Origin: Octopus vulgaris
Taxonomy: Eukaryota
Length of the DNA: 64,000 nt
NCBI GenBank assembly: GCA_951406725.2
Contig: OX597814.1
Location: 15,004,001-15,068,000 of the forward strand
Direction: 5' to 3'
The translations under genes were made by a program, and so were the position numbers. This document shows, in pieces, positions 23,370 to 37,468 of the stretch. Numbering within the stretch: position 1 is the stretch's first letter; each line of letters opens with the position of its first letter. A model generated the notes under the pieces. The model had not been told where the DNA came from. It made no database searches and saw only the letters and a list, made by a program, of their open reading frames with translations.

Positions 23370-25960
23370 CCTGCTTTTGACGCGACTGCAAACATTGCAA
23401 ACCAAGCCTTCTCCATTCACTACACTAGCAGTGCGCTTTCGAGCAACACGGTGAAATTCTTCAGCAGCATGCTGAATTTCAGAATACGTGCTCTCTCAAG
23501 TGTCGTCTCGCTCCATAACCTGCTTCCTCCATCTGTGGCGATGACAGAAATTGCTCTCCCAGTCAGTCTCCTGCATATCACAGACCTTAAATGAGGACTT
23601 GACACAGTCCTTAAATCACAACCTTGGTTTCTGCTGTGGTCTCTTTCCACTAACAATTTCCTCATATGTCATCTGTTTATGGATCCTACTATTCTTCTTT
23701 CTAATTAGGTGTCCAGTCCAGCATAACCGGTGCTTGTGCAACTCGCCTCAATGCTCAAGATATCAGCTATATCCTCAGGACCTGTGTGTCTGGAGTTTTT
23801 AAGGTCCGGGCAACAGGCAGAATGTGTCTCAGACATCACTGATGAAAGCGTTCAAGGACCCTTCATGACATTTGTAAGAAGTCCATATTTGAAATGAGTA
23901 AAGGAGCGATGTCAGTACACATGCACGGTACATAGCAATTTTTGTTTGCTTTGTGATGCTATGCTGGGACCAGACATGTGACTGAAGAGACCGAAAGGAA
24001 TCAGTTGCTCTCTGCAATCTGAAAGATATTTCATCATCCAGGGTGCAAGAACAGCTGAGTGTGCTGCCCATGTAGACAAACTTGTCTACCACTTTCAGAA
24101 TTGTTCCTTCAACCAAGATATGGATTTCCTGGTGCAGGCTGGAACATTACAACAGTCTTGACTACGATAACGCTGATTCCAAATGCCTTGCAAAAAGCAG
24201 AAAACGATTCATACGTATTTACATGTCAGCCACTCTATGAGTGGCTAAGTCACAGTCATCTGCACAAAGTCCTCGAATAAGAGGCTGGAAAACTATTGAA
24301 TTGACAGCAAATCAGCGCAGATTAAAGAGGCGACCAGAAGATCGATATCTGTCATATACTCTCAGAGTTAAACTTAGCAAAAGCATGAGTAAAAGCAGCA
24401 GCAAAGTACAAAGAAAAGAGAGTTGGAGCAAGGATGTCACCCTGATTGATACCATTCTCTACAGGAATGGGTCCCACCATGCCACCACCAGCATTGATCC
24501 ACACCTCCATCCCATCATGAAATGTTTTCATTGTAGATACAATGTGATCCGGACATCCAAGTATTTTCCATAGCAAGACCCTATACACAGTATCAAATGC
24601 CTTGATTAAATCAATATATACTTGGACAAGTCATGTATCTGTCTTGCTGTGAAAATCATATCCATTGTCCCTCTGCCAGATCGGAAGCCACATTGAGGTT
24701 CAGACAGGACATCATTTACGAGACACCCATTCAGGCGGGAAAGAATATTTGCCAGAACCTTGCCAGCAGCTGATAGTAGAGCATTACCTCTGTAGTTACC
24801 ACACATTCTCCTGGCTCCTTTTCCTTTATAGAAGGAAAGAATAATTGCATCCTTCCAGTCCTTAGGCATTGCACCATCCAGACTGCACTAATAAGTTCAT
24901 GAAGGGACTGTATGATGTAATCACCACCAAATAGCAAATTCCATTCTTTCCAGGTGCCCTACCACGATTCAATTTATTTGTTGATGTCTTTACCTCATCT
25001 ATTGAGGGCGTGGAATTTAAGGAGCCAATGATAGGTCTTTGTTGCATAGTATCAATCACTGTTTCATCCACAGCTGAGTCGTGGTTTAGGAGTTCAGCGA
25101 AGTGTTCAATCCAGCAACCTGTGTTTTCTGTTGAATTAGTAAATAGAGCAGAAGACTCTTGGAAAGCAAAGGCGCTGATGCAGAGATCTTAAGCTCATAA
25201 ACTTACTTCATAAGATGGTAAAACATCTTTCTGTCATTTGCATCAGCAGCAGCCTGAACATCGCGAGCATGATCCTCCCACCAAGTCTTCTGCATCTTCC
25301 TGAGAGATCACTGCAGTAGTGATTTTACACTGCTATACTGGGCAAGTGCTAGATTTCGCTGCGCAGCTGAAAGTCTTCTGCACAGCAATATATTGTGGGC
25401 ATGGCGCTTTACAACCAATAGTCACTGAACTTCAGCATCATTTTAATCAAGCCAGTCTCTGGCAGTAGTATATTTCAATGTTTCAGCAGCACATTCAAGA
25501 ACCTGGTCTAGAATATCCTCCCATACAGTAGTATTTTCAATGCTGGACAAGCGAATCTGAAGCTCTTTTCACAACACAGCATCATATATCATGTGGACAT
25601 TCAGATGCCAACGAATGCCAAGTAGCCCTCTTTGTTCTTTCACTCTAGTCATCATCCGGAACTATGCTCGCACTAGACATTTGTTTGCTCAGCATTCCGA
25701 TCCATGAAAGGGCTTGACATTACAAATATCATAAAGGTCACGCTTGCGGATGATTACATATTCCAGAAAGTGTCAAACTTTAAACTTTGGATGCATCCAC
25801 GTTGTTATGTGATCAACTTTGTGCATAAAATGAGTGCTTGCAATGTAAAGTCCATATTCATCGCAAAGCTCCAGCAGCATGAGGCCATTGCTATTCAATT
25901 TCCCTACACCAAAACGTCCTAGAGAGTTCCATGTTTGCCACTCTGTTCCAACCCTGGCAT
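23370..25960 (-). mobile_element. Degenerate RTE-clade (BovB-like) LINE
   Basis: PKDWKDAIILSFYKGKG..CGNYRG..LLSAAGKVLA, QCGFRSGRGTMDMIFTARQ, QGDILAPTLFSLY and KFVYMGSTLS...DDEI; many frameshifts. Confidence 0.9.
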
Positions 25961-26142
25961 TGAAATTCCCCAGTAGAGCGAGTTTTTGACTTTATCAGAA
26001 TTGGGGATTTTCCTAAATATGGCTCCCAGTTGCACATACATATATACATACAAGCATACAGATATACATGCATGTATGCATGCATACATACATACATACA
26101 TACATACATACATACATACATACATACATACATACATACATA

Positions 26143-26548
26143 GGCGTAGGAGTGGCTGTGTGGTAAGTAGCTTGCTTACCAACCACATCATTCCGGGTTC
26201 AGTCCCACTGCGTGGCATCTTGGGCAAGCGTCTTCTGCTATAGCCCCGGGCCGACCAATGCCTTGTGAGTGGATTTGGTAGACGGAAACTGAAAGAAGCC
26301 TGTCGTATATATGTATGTATATATGTATGTGTGTGTTTTTGTGTGTCTGTGTTTGTCCCCCTAGCATTGCTTGACAACCGATGCTGGTGTGTTTGCGTCC
26401 CCGTCACTTAGCGGTTCGGCAAAAGAGACCGATAGAATAAGTACTGGGCTTACAAAAGAATAAGTCCCGGGGTCGATTTGCTCGACTAAAGGCGGTGCTC
26501 CAGCATGGCCGCAGTCAAATGACTGAAACAAGTAAAAGAGTAAAGAGT
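26143..26548 (+). mobile_element. SINE family A, full length
   Basis: Near-identical to the other family A copies. Confidence 0.9.
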
Positions 26549-27019
26549 ATATGCTGGTACTACTTAGTATTCGCTGTCACTTATGACGTTATAAATTTGC
26601 CTTTATGCTGTTAAATTGCTAATAAGCCACCCATATTATTTCTAGTTTTCCCTTTTACCGTTTTTGAAATCAGAGTGTGAGTTGAACGATACTCTTATAA
26701 GCTGACAAGGTGAGTTGAGTTTAACCCTAGGCTCCGTATGAGCCACCAACAAAAATTAACATGCTCTGCATCAAAATTCGAAATCACCGGTGATCAGGCT
26801 GTGTCTGCTGGGGAGCTTCTCTCCCCTTGTCACTCATTAAGATAGTGCTTCTGCTGCTATTGAGTTGATTTGACTCTTATTTCTAGCAATGTTGTTACTA
26901 CTTGACACCCTCTGTCACTTTAGTGACGCCTATACATTTGCCTTTAGGCTATTAAATTGCTAATAATCCACCCATATTATTTGTACATATGTGTGTGTGT
27001 GTGTGTTTGTGTCTGTGTT

Positions 27020-27050
<31 letters not shown>

Positions 27051-27384
27051 TAGTATGAGAAGGGAGAGGGAGAGATAGATTGAAACGAATTTGCATGCAC
27101 ATGCGCAGACACGCACATTTTTATTCCTAATTTAGTATTTATGTGTACACGCACGCACGCACACACATACACACACACACACACAATAACTGTCGGATAT
27201 AGCTTCATGTGAGTTAAAGTTTTCCTCGATGTGATAGCGAACGCATAACATTAGAAATCGAAAGTATAGCAATGCATTTGAGACAGACTCAAGATGTTTT
27301 CTAGATGTTGATTCCTTATTTGCAAGCTCAGGTCACGGGATGTTGATTGTATAGAAGTGACAACCAATTTTTTCTTCATTCTTA

Positions 27385-27970
27385 TTTCTTTATTATCCAC
27401 AAGGGAATAAACATAGAGGGGACAAAAAATGACAGACAAAGAGATTACATCGACCCCGGTGCGTAACTGGTACTTATTTAATCGACCCCGAAAGGATGAA
27501 AGGCAAAGTCGACCTCGGCGGAATTTGAACTCAGAACGTAGGGGCAGACGAAATACCTATTTCTTTACTACGCAAAATGGGCTAAACACAGAGTGGACAA
27601 GCAAGGAGAGACAAACGGATTAAGTCGATTATATCGACCCCAGTGCGCAACTGGTACTTATTTAATCGACCCCGAAAGGATGACAGCAAAGTCGACCTTG
27701 GCGGAATTTGAATTCAGAACGTAGGGCAGACGAAATACCTATTTCTTTACTACCCAAAATGGGCTAAACACAGAGTGGACAAGCAAGGAGAGACAAACGG
27801 ATTAAGTCGATTTTATAGACCCCAGTGCGTAACTGGTAGTTATTTAATCGACCCCGATAGGATGAAAGGCAAAGTCGACCTCGGCGGAATTTGAATTCAG
27901 AACGTAGCGGCAGACGAATTACCGCTAAGCATTTCGCCCGGGGTACTAACGCTTCTGCCAGCTCGCCGCC
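27385..27970 (-). mobile_element. Head-to-tail triplet of SINE family B (about 180-nt period)
   Basis: Three successive cores (cgaccccgaaaggatgaaaggcaaagtcgacc); only the rightmost keeps the 5' head. Confidence 0.85.
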
Positions 27971-29066
27971 TTTTTCTTTTCTTCATTCTTAGGCTCACAT
28001 GATCGCACAGAATATTGGCAAGGCGCTGTTACTACATCAGCGGGAAACTGCAATGTTGTTTATTCTTCGACATTAGACCATTGTATTAGGTGCAACTCAT
28101 GGTAAGTTGAGGAGCTATCGCTGCTTAGTTGCTCACTGGTGTTTTAATTGGTTAGTGGTAGCAGTCTTTATGTGAAAGCAAGCAAATTTGATAGTGTTAG
28201 GTTAAAATTGAGGTTAAAGGAACAACATGGGTGGTGCCGTAGTCTATACGAGTGGTAGGGATTAAATACCCTCCTATTTTAAAAAGGGGCAACAAGATTT
28301 TGGGTGGTGTATCTGAATTGTCAGTAGCAAGACGTTTGAAGTTTAATAACAAGGCGTTCTTTTGGTGGCAACAATAAAATAATTAATTCCTCCAGTAGTC
28401 TGTCGTGGATACAAAGTAGGCAATTGCAAATTCCTGGTAAGTGGGGGCCTGTCAAAGATACTACGTTTGATGCAGGAGAAGTCGTTCTGATGGTCGTGTG
28501 ACTTCTGAAATCGTTGAAATGGCTAACTGAAACATCCGATCTTTTACTGGCTCCACTATTAAATACCCAATTTTGCAGAGAAAGCCTTACAAATCACATT
28601 GGTATATATTAGATTTATAACAATGAATAGAAAATGGTAATACATATACAATTTCCAATTAAAAAATTATAATTTATTAACATTATATCATATATATATA
28701 TACATACATATACACATATATATACACACATTCATGAATATATATCTATATATTTATGTGTGTGTGTGTGCTTGCTTGTGTGTGTTTGTGTGTGTGTATA
28801 TTTTTGTGAAGTATACTTCTATCATAAAATGATTGTAATATAGGAAATCAATGTCAGTACATCAGTTTGCGCTCAAAGCGGAATACCAGCTAATATACGA
28901 ATAAAAATTAGAATCATTATTCAGTTAATCTAGAAAACTTTCTGTACTATATATAAATCTGGAGAAGCGTACCGGTTATGAGGCATCGCAGAGCATAAAA
29001 TTAAACAAAGGAATGATGATGGTATTAAGTTTACTAATCATGTAATGTCGTTTCGATAATTAGCGG

Positions 29067-29615
29067 AATGCTTAAATCTATTTATATGCTGGGATATACA
29101 AATATAAAATTATGTAAATTCATACAACATCTAATGTAAGCTTCACCCATCCTTTTTTCAGTCTGGTTGTATAATAAAAGCACTTCAATATTGTACGGAT
29201 TGACACAATTTTCCATTTGTGTGAATCGGCATGTTAATTGATATAACGCCTCCACTATTTATGGAAGCGACCGTAACTAATTCATAAATGTAATGTCGAC
29301 ATCTCCATTCTTGAAAAAGAATAATAAATTTGTACTGTACCAATGCTTAAATCTATTTATATGCTGGGTTATACAAATATAAAATTATGTAAATTCATAC
29401 AACATCTAATGTAAGCTTCACCCATCCTTTTTTCAGTCTGGTTGTAAAATAAAAGCACTTCAATATTATACGGATTAACACAATTTTCCATTTGTGTGAA
29501 TCGGCATGTTAATTGATATAACACCTCCACTAATTATGGAAGCGACCGTAACTAATTCATAAATGTAATGTCGACATCTCCATTCTTGAAAAAGAATAAT
29601 AAATTTGTACTGTAC
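29067..29615. repeat. Tandem duplication of a 275-bp unique sequence (2 copies)
   Basis: 29067-29341 and 29342-29615 are nearly identical. Confidence 0.92.
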
Positions 29616-29654
29616 AAAAGTATACTATAACGCATCATAGTAATGTGAAATATC

Positions 29655-29838
29655 GCTTTGACCGATCGTTAGCCACTACACACATTTTTTTTCTCTCCTT
29701 GTTTTTTCTGTGTCCCTTTCTGTAGAAGAGAGTAGGCTCGAAACGTAAAAGACTTTTTCTATTCCTGAGCGCTATACTAATACATCTGTTTGTTTTGAAC
29801 ACCACCTGTCTTCGTCTTTTGTTTTTTTCGTAAACTTT

Positions 29839-29842
<4 letters not shown>
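29655..29842 (+). mobile_element. Short hammerhead-bearing interspersed repeat ending in (TA)n
   Basis: Homologous to 55480-55650 and to the fragment at 6451-6508 (minus); contains cttt-CTGTAGA-a-gagagtaggctc-GAAA-cg-TA-aaag at 29714-29753. Confidence 0.7.
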
Positions 29843-29898
<56 letters not shown>

Positions 29899-30053
29899 GT
29901 GTGTGCGTGTGTTTGTGTGTATGTATATACATATCAATATATTAATGCTTACTTTTATGTTCAGTTTCAGTTACTAATACCCAGTTTCGTGCCTTTAACG
30001 ATAAGATGGGAAACATCGTATATTGGCGGTACCTGCAAGATTTGGTTATATAA

Positions 30054-30146
<93 letters not shown>

Positions 30147-30223
30147 AGACAGAAAGAGAGACCGAGGCAGACTGACATACATACATGTATACATACAAAA
30201 AAATATATATATACACACACATA

Positions 30224-31073
30224 CGAGGTACATTGAAAAATTATCCGACTTCATTATTTCCCGCCAAAACTTATGCCATGCAGCTAAAATCCTCCGGGAG
30301 GGAGGTGACGCTCCTACTTGCGCAAGCGTGAAAATAATCATGCCGGTAAGACGTGTCCGTTTTGGTCTTTTACGCCTGGAGTACGGACGTGTAATGCCCG
30401 CTCGTCAGATTTTCATTTTCGCCTAAGCTGACTGAATGTATCGAGCAGAGACCATAATCACATGTCTTATCATTAGAGATGATGGTCGTGGTTTGCACAG
30501 TACAGCATGTCATGAGTGATTTCCATCTGGAGTTGCTTATGCTGCTCAGCCTCAGGACGAACTTCGCTGACACTCTCAGCAGGCACAAATTTTCCATTAA
30601 AATGGAATGCACTGATTCTGTGCTTATTTCCACTACGTGAACAATTTCCTGGATTGTTACACGACAATCTTCCATGACTATTCGCTGAACCTCCTCAACC
30701 TGCTCTTCGTTTCGGTTTGTGGATGGCTTGGCTGAATGTGTCTCGCTCTCCAATGAGATGCGGTCATCCTTGATCGCAGTTTTGCCTATGGTATCATCTC
30801 CAAAGACCTGCTCAATCTTCTGGACATTTTAAGCTTGAGTATTACCAAGTGTTGGCAATACTTGATGCTTTCGGTTAATGCGAACATCTGGCGAGCGTCA
30901 ACTACACGTCCATACTCTAGGCGTAATAGTAGAGAACTAAAGCGGCCTACCGGCGCGAAAATGTTCGCGCGTGCACAAGTATAATGGCGACACATCTCAC
31001 CCAAAGGATTTTGTCTATGCAGCATTAATTTTGGCGGGCAAAATTAATTTGGACACGTTTTGAACGCACTTCG
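30224..31073 (-). mobile_element. Non-autonomous mariner element with about 200-bp diverged inverted ends
   Basis: TA-cgaggt...cttcg-TA termini; transposase HTH fragment PST..NEEQVEEVQRIV.EDCRVTIQEI....IS..SVHSIL..L.L.RVSAKFV (WVPR motif region). Confidence 0.85.
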
Positions 31074-31639
31074 TATGCATGCATATATATTTATACGACC
31101 TGGCTTTCTATGTTGAACAAGTCTATTTTATCATAATATAGGGTCGATTCAAGCCTTCTAAATGAAATTAGCTTAGCAGAAACTCTATGTAGGCCTATCG
31201 GGTTGATTCCCTTTCCGATTGGAAGACACAATCTTGTCGCATATTTTATCCGGCAAATTCTTCTTGAGACTTGCTTTAAGGGCACATGAGTTTTTGGTGT
31301 ATTTAGCTTCTAATTTAACGAGATTTTTAAGTTGATCAAACAAGTAACTGTGTGTCTTAGAAAAAGACGGAGACCCATATATTTAAGTAATATTATACTT
31401 TGTAAAGACTTTTACATTAGTCCGATATTCTTTATTGTGGAACCTAGTCTAGCCCTGATCGAGTAGAGTTAGGATTCAATCTCGACCTACATTACTCAAT
31501 GTATGTTTTATTCTAAAACAGTTGTATGTGATCTGAAAAGAGTTTGAATGTTATTTCCAGCAATTCGAATGACTTTAAATGATTCTTCCCTTTTTGGATC
31601 ATATTATTCCCATATTATGACATGGAGTCGAAAATCTTT

Positions 31640-32160
31640 TTTCAATGACCAAATGTTGTCGAATTGCTAGAAACAACAGCCAAATAACGCTTAAATCACA
31701 GCGAACCATCTCCAAAGCAAGGAAAGGGAGAAAATCAAATCTTAGATACGCCTTAAAAGATAAGATGATGCTGGCTTGAATATCTTTCATTATACAACTG
31801 ATAGATCGGAGTTGGTCCGACATTAACAAGAGATTTATTTTAGCGGTTGACGAAATACCAAGGGCTAATAAAACAGCCCCTGTCGTCGGTATACCGCCTA
31901 GAATTAACAGCAATAACTAGTTGGGAAACTGAATGAAGCCCGTCATGAATATCCAAGCGAGGGATAATACACTAGCTACTCATCGAGCCAAAGATACTTT
32001 TATCAAAAGAAGTTTACATTGTCATCAAGGGATGCCATGTTGACTCGCAGGAGATTCGATTCTATGTTATCAAACCTCTATTGTCCCTGGAAGTTGTTTT
32101 CTTTATACCTTCCACAGACTGCTCGTAGCCTACAATCATCCAACATCTTGATCCTTAGAA
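31640..32160 (+). mobile_element. Highly degenerate non-LTR retrotransposon RT fragment (R4/Dong-like)
   Basis: Eroded SWSDINKRF (W.DY.KAFD) and GDSI (QGDSLS) motifs in the expected order. Confidence 0.35.
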
Positions 32161-32175
32161 CTTACTTTTAGATAT

Positions 32176-32242
<67 letters not shown>

Positions 32243-32519
32243 TTGTCTCCCACCACCACTTGACAACCTTAAACTCCTGGATGTGGCCCTGGATGTGGCC
32301 CTGGATTAGCGTTAACTGGACCAACGTTCCTCAGAATAGAAAACATTCTAAGAAGACTACACTTAATTTCACATCCTGAATTCCATAATTACAAGTATGG
32401 AGACTTGTACATCTACAAACGTATTTTTATAGTTATCTACAGCATGAGAGGCCATTATGATAAGCTGTATATAACTATTTTGTAAATGTACAAGTCTCCA
32501 TACACTTTATTAGTATTAA

Positions 32520-32602
<83 letters not shown>

Positions 32603-32841
32603 GTGTATGTATGTGTATATATGTGTATATATGTATATATATATATGTGTGTATTTGTATATATATATATATATATATATATTTGGTTAATACATATTAT
32701 ATATATATATATATATATACGTATATATATGTATATATATATACATACATACATACATACATATATATGTGTGTATGTGTGTGTATATATACATATATAT
32801 AGATACATACATATATATATATATATATATATGTATATACG

Positions 32842-32898
<57 letters not shown>

Positions 32899-33354
32899 TT
32901 ATTTATATGGCGGGCTTCATTCAGTTTCCCTCTAACCGTCTACAAAATCACAAGTTACAAAGCTTTTGTTGGTCCGAAGCTATAGTAGAAGACACTTGCT
33001 CAAGGTGTCACGCAGTGGTACTAAATCCAGAACTATGTGGCTGGAAAACCACCTCACGCACATCCACGCATGCGCTTATATGTGTTAGTGTGTGTCTGCG
33101 TGTAAAAGAAAGGATAACGTTCCTGATAACTGAAACCCATTGAATCAGAGGTTAAGTTGATAGAAGCTCTCTATGGACAACAATACAACCCCATGCACAT
33201 TCGAGATAGAGAGGTGCCTTTATTCCGTCGATAGAAGATAAAATGCTGTTATGCTAAAACCTCATTGACCTCATAAATTGACCTCATAAATAGATAAGTA
33301 AAAAAATATGTATAATCGAGCGTAGTACACCTGTACTATTTAGCCTTTTTTTCT

Positions 33355-33630
33355 ATTTTATTCTTTTATTTGTTTCAGTAATTTCACTACGGCCATACTG
33401 GAGCACCGCCTTTAGTCGAACAAATCGACCCCAAGATTTATTCTTCGTAAGCCTAATACGTATTTTATCGGTTTCTTTTGCTAAACCTCTATATTACGTG
33501 AACGTAAGCACACCAACATCGGTTGACAGGTGACAGTAGGAAGGGACGGATACAGACACAAACATTTACACACACCAGCCCACACACACACACACACATA
33601 CACACACACACACATACACACACACACTCA

Positions 33631-33675
<45 letters not shown>

Positions 33676-33825
33676 GACAGGATTCTTTCAGTTTCCATCT
33701 ACCAAATCCACTCACAAGGCTTTGGTCGGCTCGAAGCTATAGTAGAAGACACTTGCCCAAGGTGCCACGCAATGGGACTGAACCCGGAACCATGTGGTTT
33801 TAAGCAAACTACTTACCACACAACC
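33355..33825 (-). mobile_element. SINE family A (minus), head-to-head with the next copy
   Basis: Reverse complement of family A. Confidence 0.85.
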
Positions 33826-33879
33826 ACATGTATACATACATATATATATGTGTGTGTGTGTATATATACATATATATAG

Positions 33880-34282
33880 ATGTGGTAAGTAGCTTGCTAA
33901 CCAACCACATGGTTCCGGGTTCAGTCCCACTGCGTGGCACCTTGGGCAAGTGTCTTCTGCTATAGCCCCGGGCCGACCAATGCCTTGTGAGTGGATTTGG
34001 TAGACGGAAACTGAAAGAAGCCTGTCGTATATATGTATATATATATAAGTGTGTGTGTATATGTTTGTGTGTCTGTGTTTGTCCCCCAAGCATTGCTTGA
34101 CAACCGATGCTGGTGTGTTTACGTCCCCGTCACTTAGCAGTTCTGCAAAAGAGACCGATAGAATAAGTACTGGGCTTACAAAAGAATAAGTCCCGGGGTC
34201 GATTTGCTCGACTAAAGGCGGTGCTCCAGCATGGCCGCAGTCAAATGACTGAAACAAGTAAAAGAGTAAGAAAAAAAAGAGT
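33880..34282 (+). mobile_element. SINE family A (5' clipped)
   Basis: Matches family A from tgtggtaagtagcttgc to the tail. Confidence 0.88.
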
Positions 34283-34921
34283 AAAATATATATACACACA
34301 CATACATACACACATATATATATATATGTATGTATAGATTTCGAAAGTGTGTATGCAAGTCAGGTATTACTATATGACGTTTCATTGAAAGCATGTATCA
34401 AGACCGAAAGCAGTTGCTGTAAACCGCTTTTGCACTTCTCTTTCATTGCCTTACATTTTATTTGTTGATATAGAAATAACGATGTTTTGTTTACAATGTA
34501 AGATTATACTTTTAGCGTTTGTGAATCAAGCAACTAAATAACAAGAATAAACAGCACTCTTATATACACTTATAAGTAGGCCTACATATTTATTTCCATA
34601 GAACGATGCTTTGTTTACAATCTGGGATCATAAATTTAGCGTCAGTGGCTTAGGCAATTAAACGGCAATAACATAAAACCGTAGCTATATATATGTATTT
34701 ATAAAGAATATATTTATTTTCGTATATGTCACATATTGTAAATACATTTCACAGAAATCATCGAAAAAGGTTTGAGTTCACGTTGTAAAACCATTCAATT
34801 GTGAAAGGAGAAAGAGTAACATGTCAAGCTAACACTATTAGAAAGTTGGCAAGTAACTATTTACATTACGATATCGTATCGCTTTCCTTCTTTCTTTCTT
34901 TCTTTTTTTCTTTCTTTCTCT

Positions 34922-34953
<32 letters not shown>

Positions 34954-35263
34954 TTCTTTTCTTTTCTTTCTTTCTTTTCTTTTCTTTTCTTTCTTTCTTT
35001 CTCTCTCTCTCTTTCTTTCTCTCTTTCTTTCTTTCCTGTTTTTTCTTCGTTTATTTGTTTCTCTCTCTCTCTCTCTCTTTCTCTCTGGATATTATATGCG
35101 TGCGCGCTTGTATGCATAATACATACATGCAATCATACGTACGTACATACATACATGCATACATATATACATGCATACATACACACATACACACATACAT
35201 ATATACATGCATACATACATACATGCATACATACATACATACATGCATACATACATACATACA

Positions 35264-35297
<34 letters not shown>

Positions 35298-35454
35298 CAT
35301 GCATACATACACACATACACACATACATGCATACACACATACATAAATACATACATACATATATACATACATACATACATACATACATACATGCATACAT
35401 ACACACATACACACATACATGCATATATACATACATACATACATACATACATGT

Positions 35455-36880
35455 TGCAAACTCCTCACCCGCAAGCAGGAGTTAAAAGCTGTCAATGAAA
35501 AACTTCGACATCAGAAGAGAATAACCAAGAGAAAAACAATAAACAACAAAATTCACTGGAAGCCGGAAGCAGTGCAGAGGCATGAAAGTGAAAGCAGTAA
35601 ACACCATAAAAGCTACTTCACGAGAAGACAGAGAATCCTTCTCGAGAAAATCCTGGAGCGAAGCGATGGAGTTTAACCGAGATACTTTGTGGTTGGAAGA
35701 AATACGAATAAGTTTTTTTCCCTTGCATAATATCCAAACATTGATAGTGAAATCCTTGTAATTGTAATCCAGAAACTTCAGGATGGAAAAGCAGCTAGAA
35801 GATACTCGATTGTTAGACATTCCTACAAGACGCTAACCTTCTACCGACTGTAACTTATTTCTTTATTGCCCACAAGGGGCTAAACATAGAGGGGACAAAA
35901 CAAGGACAGACAAACGGATTAAGTCGATTACATCGACCCCCAGTGCGTAACTGGTACTTAATTTATCGACCCCGAAAGGATGAAAGACAAAGTCGACCTC
36001 AGCGGAATTTGAACTCAGAACGTAGCGGCAGACGAAATAAGGCTATACATTTCGCCCGGCTACGATTCTGCCAGCTCGCTGCCTGATCTACCGACTGTGT
36101 CTTAGCAATCTGTACCAGCAAGCTCTCAATGAGAATAGTAGCATACCAGACTGATTAGCTGTGGTGGAGACAAAACTGATACGAAAAGGCAGACTTACCC
36201 ACACGGCAAAAATTTAATTGCATGCCAGAACTTTATGTATAGAATATATACATCATGTTTAAACATCTTCCTCGAAGACCATTGTGAAAATAACGACATC
36301 ACAACAGAACAAGCAACTGGGATGAAGGAAGTCTGGGGTTGTGCCAAACAATTGTTTATAAACAAAACTGTAATATCAGAGGTGCGGGAGCATGGAAGGA
36401 ATCTAGTTTCAATGTAACAGGACCGCAACGAAGCCTTTGACTCTGTTCCCAACTCATGGGTGTTAGGTTCCTTTCGTCTTGCTAAAATTTCAGTGAGCAT
36501 AATCAAAGTCATAGCTGACCTGAATTCATCATAGGCCACTATCATGAAGTTAAATACAACGACTGATTGTATTTTCATTGATAGAATACAGCATCGCAGA
36601 GATATATTCCAACGGGACACTCTCTCTGTGATGTTTATACTTTCTATAAAGCCATTGTCATTCATCTTAAGGAAGTCTGAAGAGTACTTTAGTAGTTCAC
36701 AAAGAAACAGAAATACCGAAAGTACACACAGTTTCTTTTTGGATAACTTGAAACTATATGCAAAGAATGTGCATGAGATGAAAAAGAGCCTTGACCTGGT
36801 TACAATGTTCTTAAAGAACATAGGGTTGGAGTTTGGTCAGGATAAATGTTGCTATATGGTTGTGAAAAGAGGGAACACTG
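35455..36880 (+). mobile_element. Degenerate R4/Dong-like (RLE-type) non-LTR retrotransposon RT, interrupted by a family B SINE at 35855-36083
   Basis: EQATGMKEVWGCAKQLFINK, AFDSVPNSW, RRDIFQRDTLS..F.LSIKPLS and HSFFLDNLKLYA...IGLEFGQDKC. Confidence 0.8.
35855..36083 (-). mobile_element. SINE family B
   Basis: Full family B sequence on the minus strand. Confidence 0.88.
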
Positions 36881-36882
36881 TA

Positions 36883-36884
<2 letters not shown>

Positions 36885-36981
<97 letters not shown>

Positions 36982-37023
36982 AAGAAGAAGAAGAACAACA
37001 ACAACAACAACAACAACAACAAT
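36885..37023. repeat. Compound trinucleotide microsatellite (AAT)n(AAG)n(AAC)n
   Basis: Directly visible. Confidence 0.95.
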
Positions 37024-37468
37024 AAAAATTTGGATAGTAATAAAAAATGGAAGTGATAGATAATGACTTTGCAAAAAAATCTCAGGGGAATTTAAAAAGG
37101 TAGTTAAAATAATATAATGGAATAAAATAGAATAAAATGGAATAAGATATTGTAATATGATAAAGCATAATAACAAATTAGAAATGAATTGGGGAAGAAA
37201 TAATGATAATAACAACAGATGCATGACCATATTTCAATAAATAAGTATAACGTTACGAAATGAACGAAAATATACGAAATAATAAGAAAATATCAGAAAG
37301 AAGTATGGTACAAATTTCTTAGCCACAAGAATACATGTAATATCAAATCAGCACATAAGCAAATTAGAGATGAGAAATCGAAAGATAGAGTAAAATCAAG
37401 TTTTGGAATACTGACCAACGCAATGACTTATTTTAATCGCATAGATATGATACTAATGTGTGTAGGGC

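Noticed and set aside
27385-27970. CRISPR-like repeat array (also 60026-60126)
   Set aside because: Eukaryotic context, no unique spacers and no cas genes; these are tandem SINEs and a minisatellite.
36544-37230. Poly-N/poly-K protein and its poly-V/L/I antisense ORF
   Set aside because: A LINE RT remnant reading into an (AAT)(AAG)(AAC) microsatellite.
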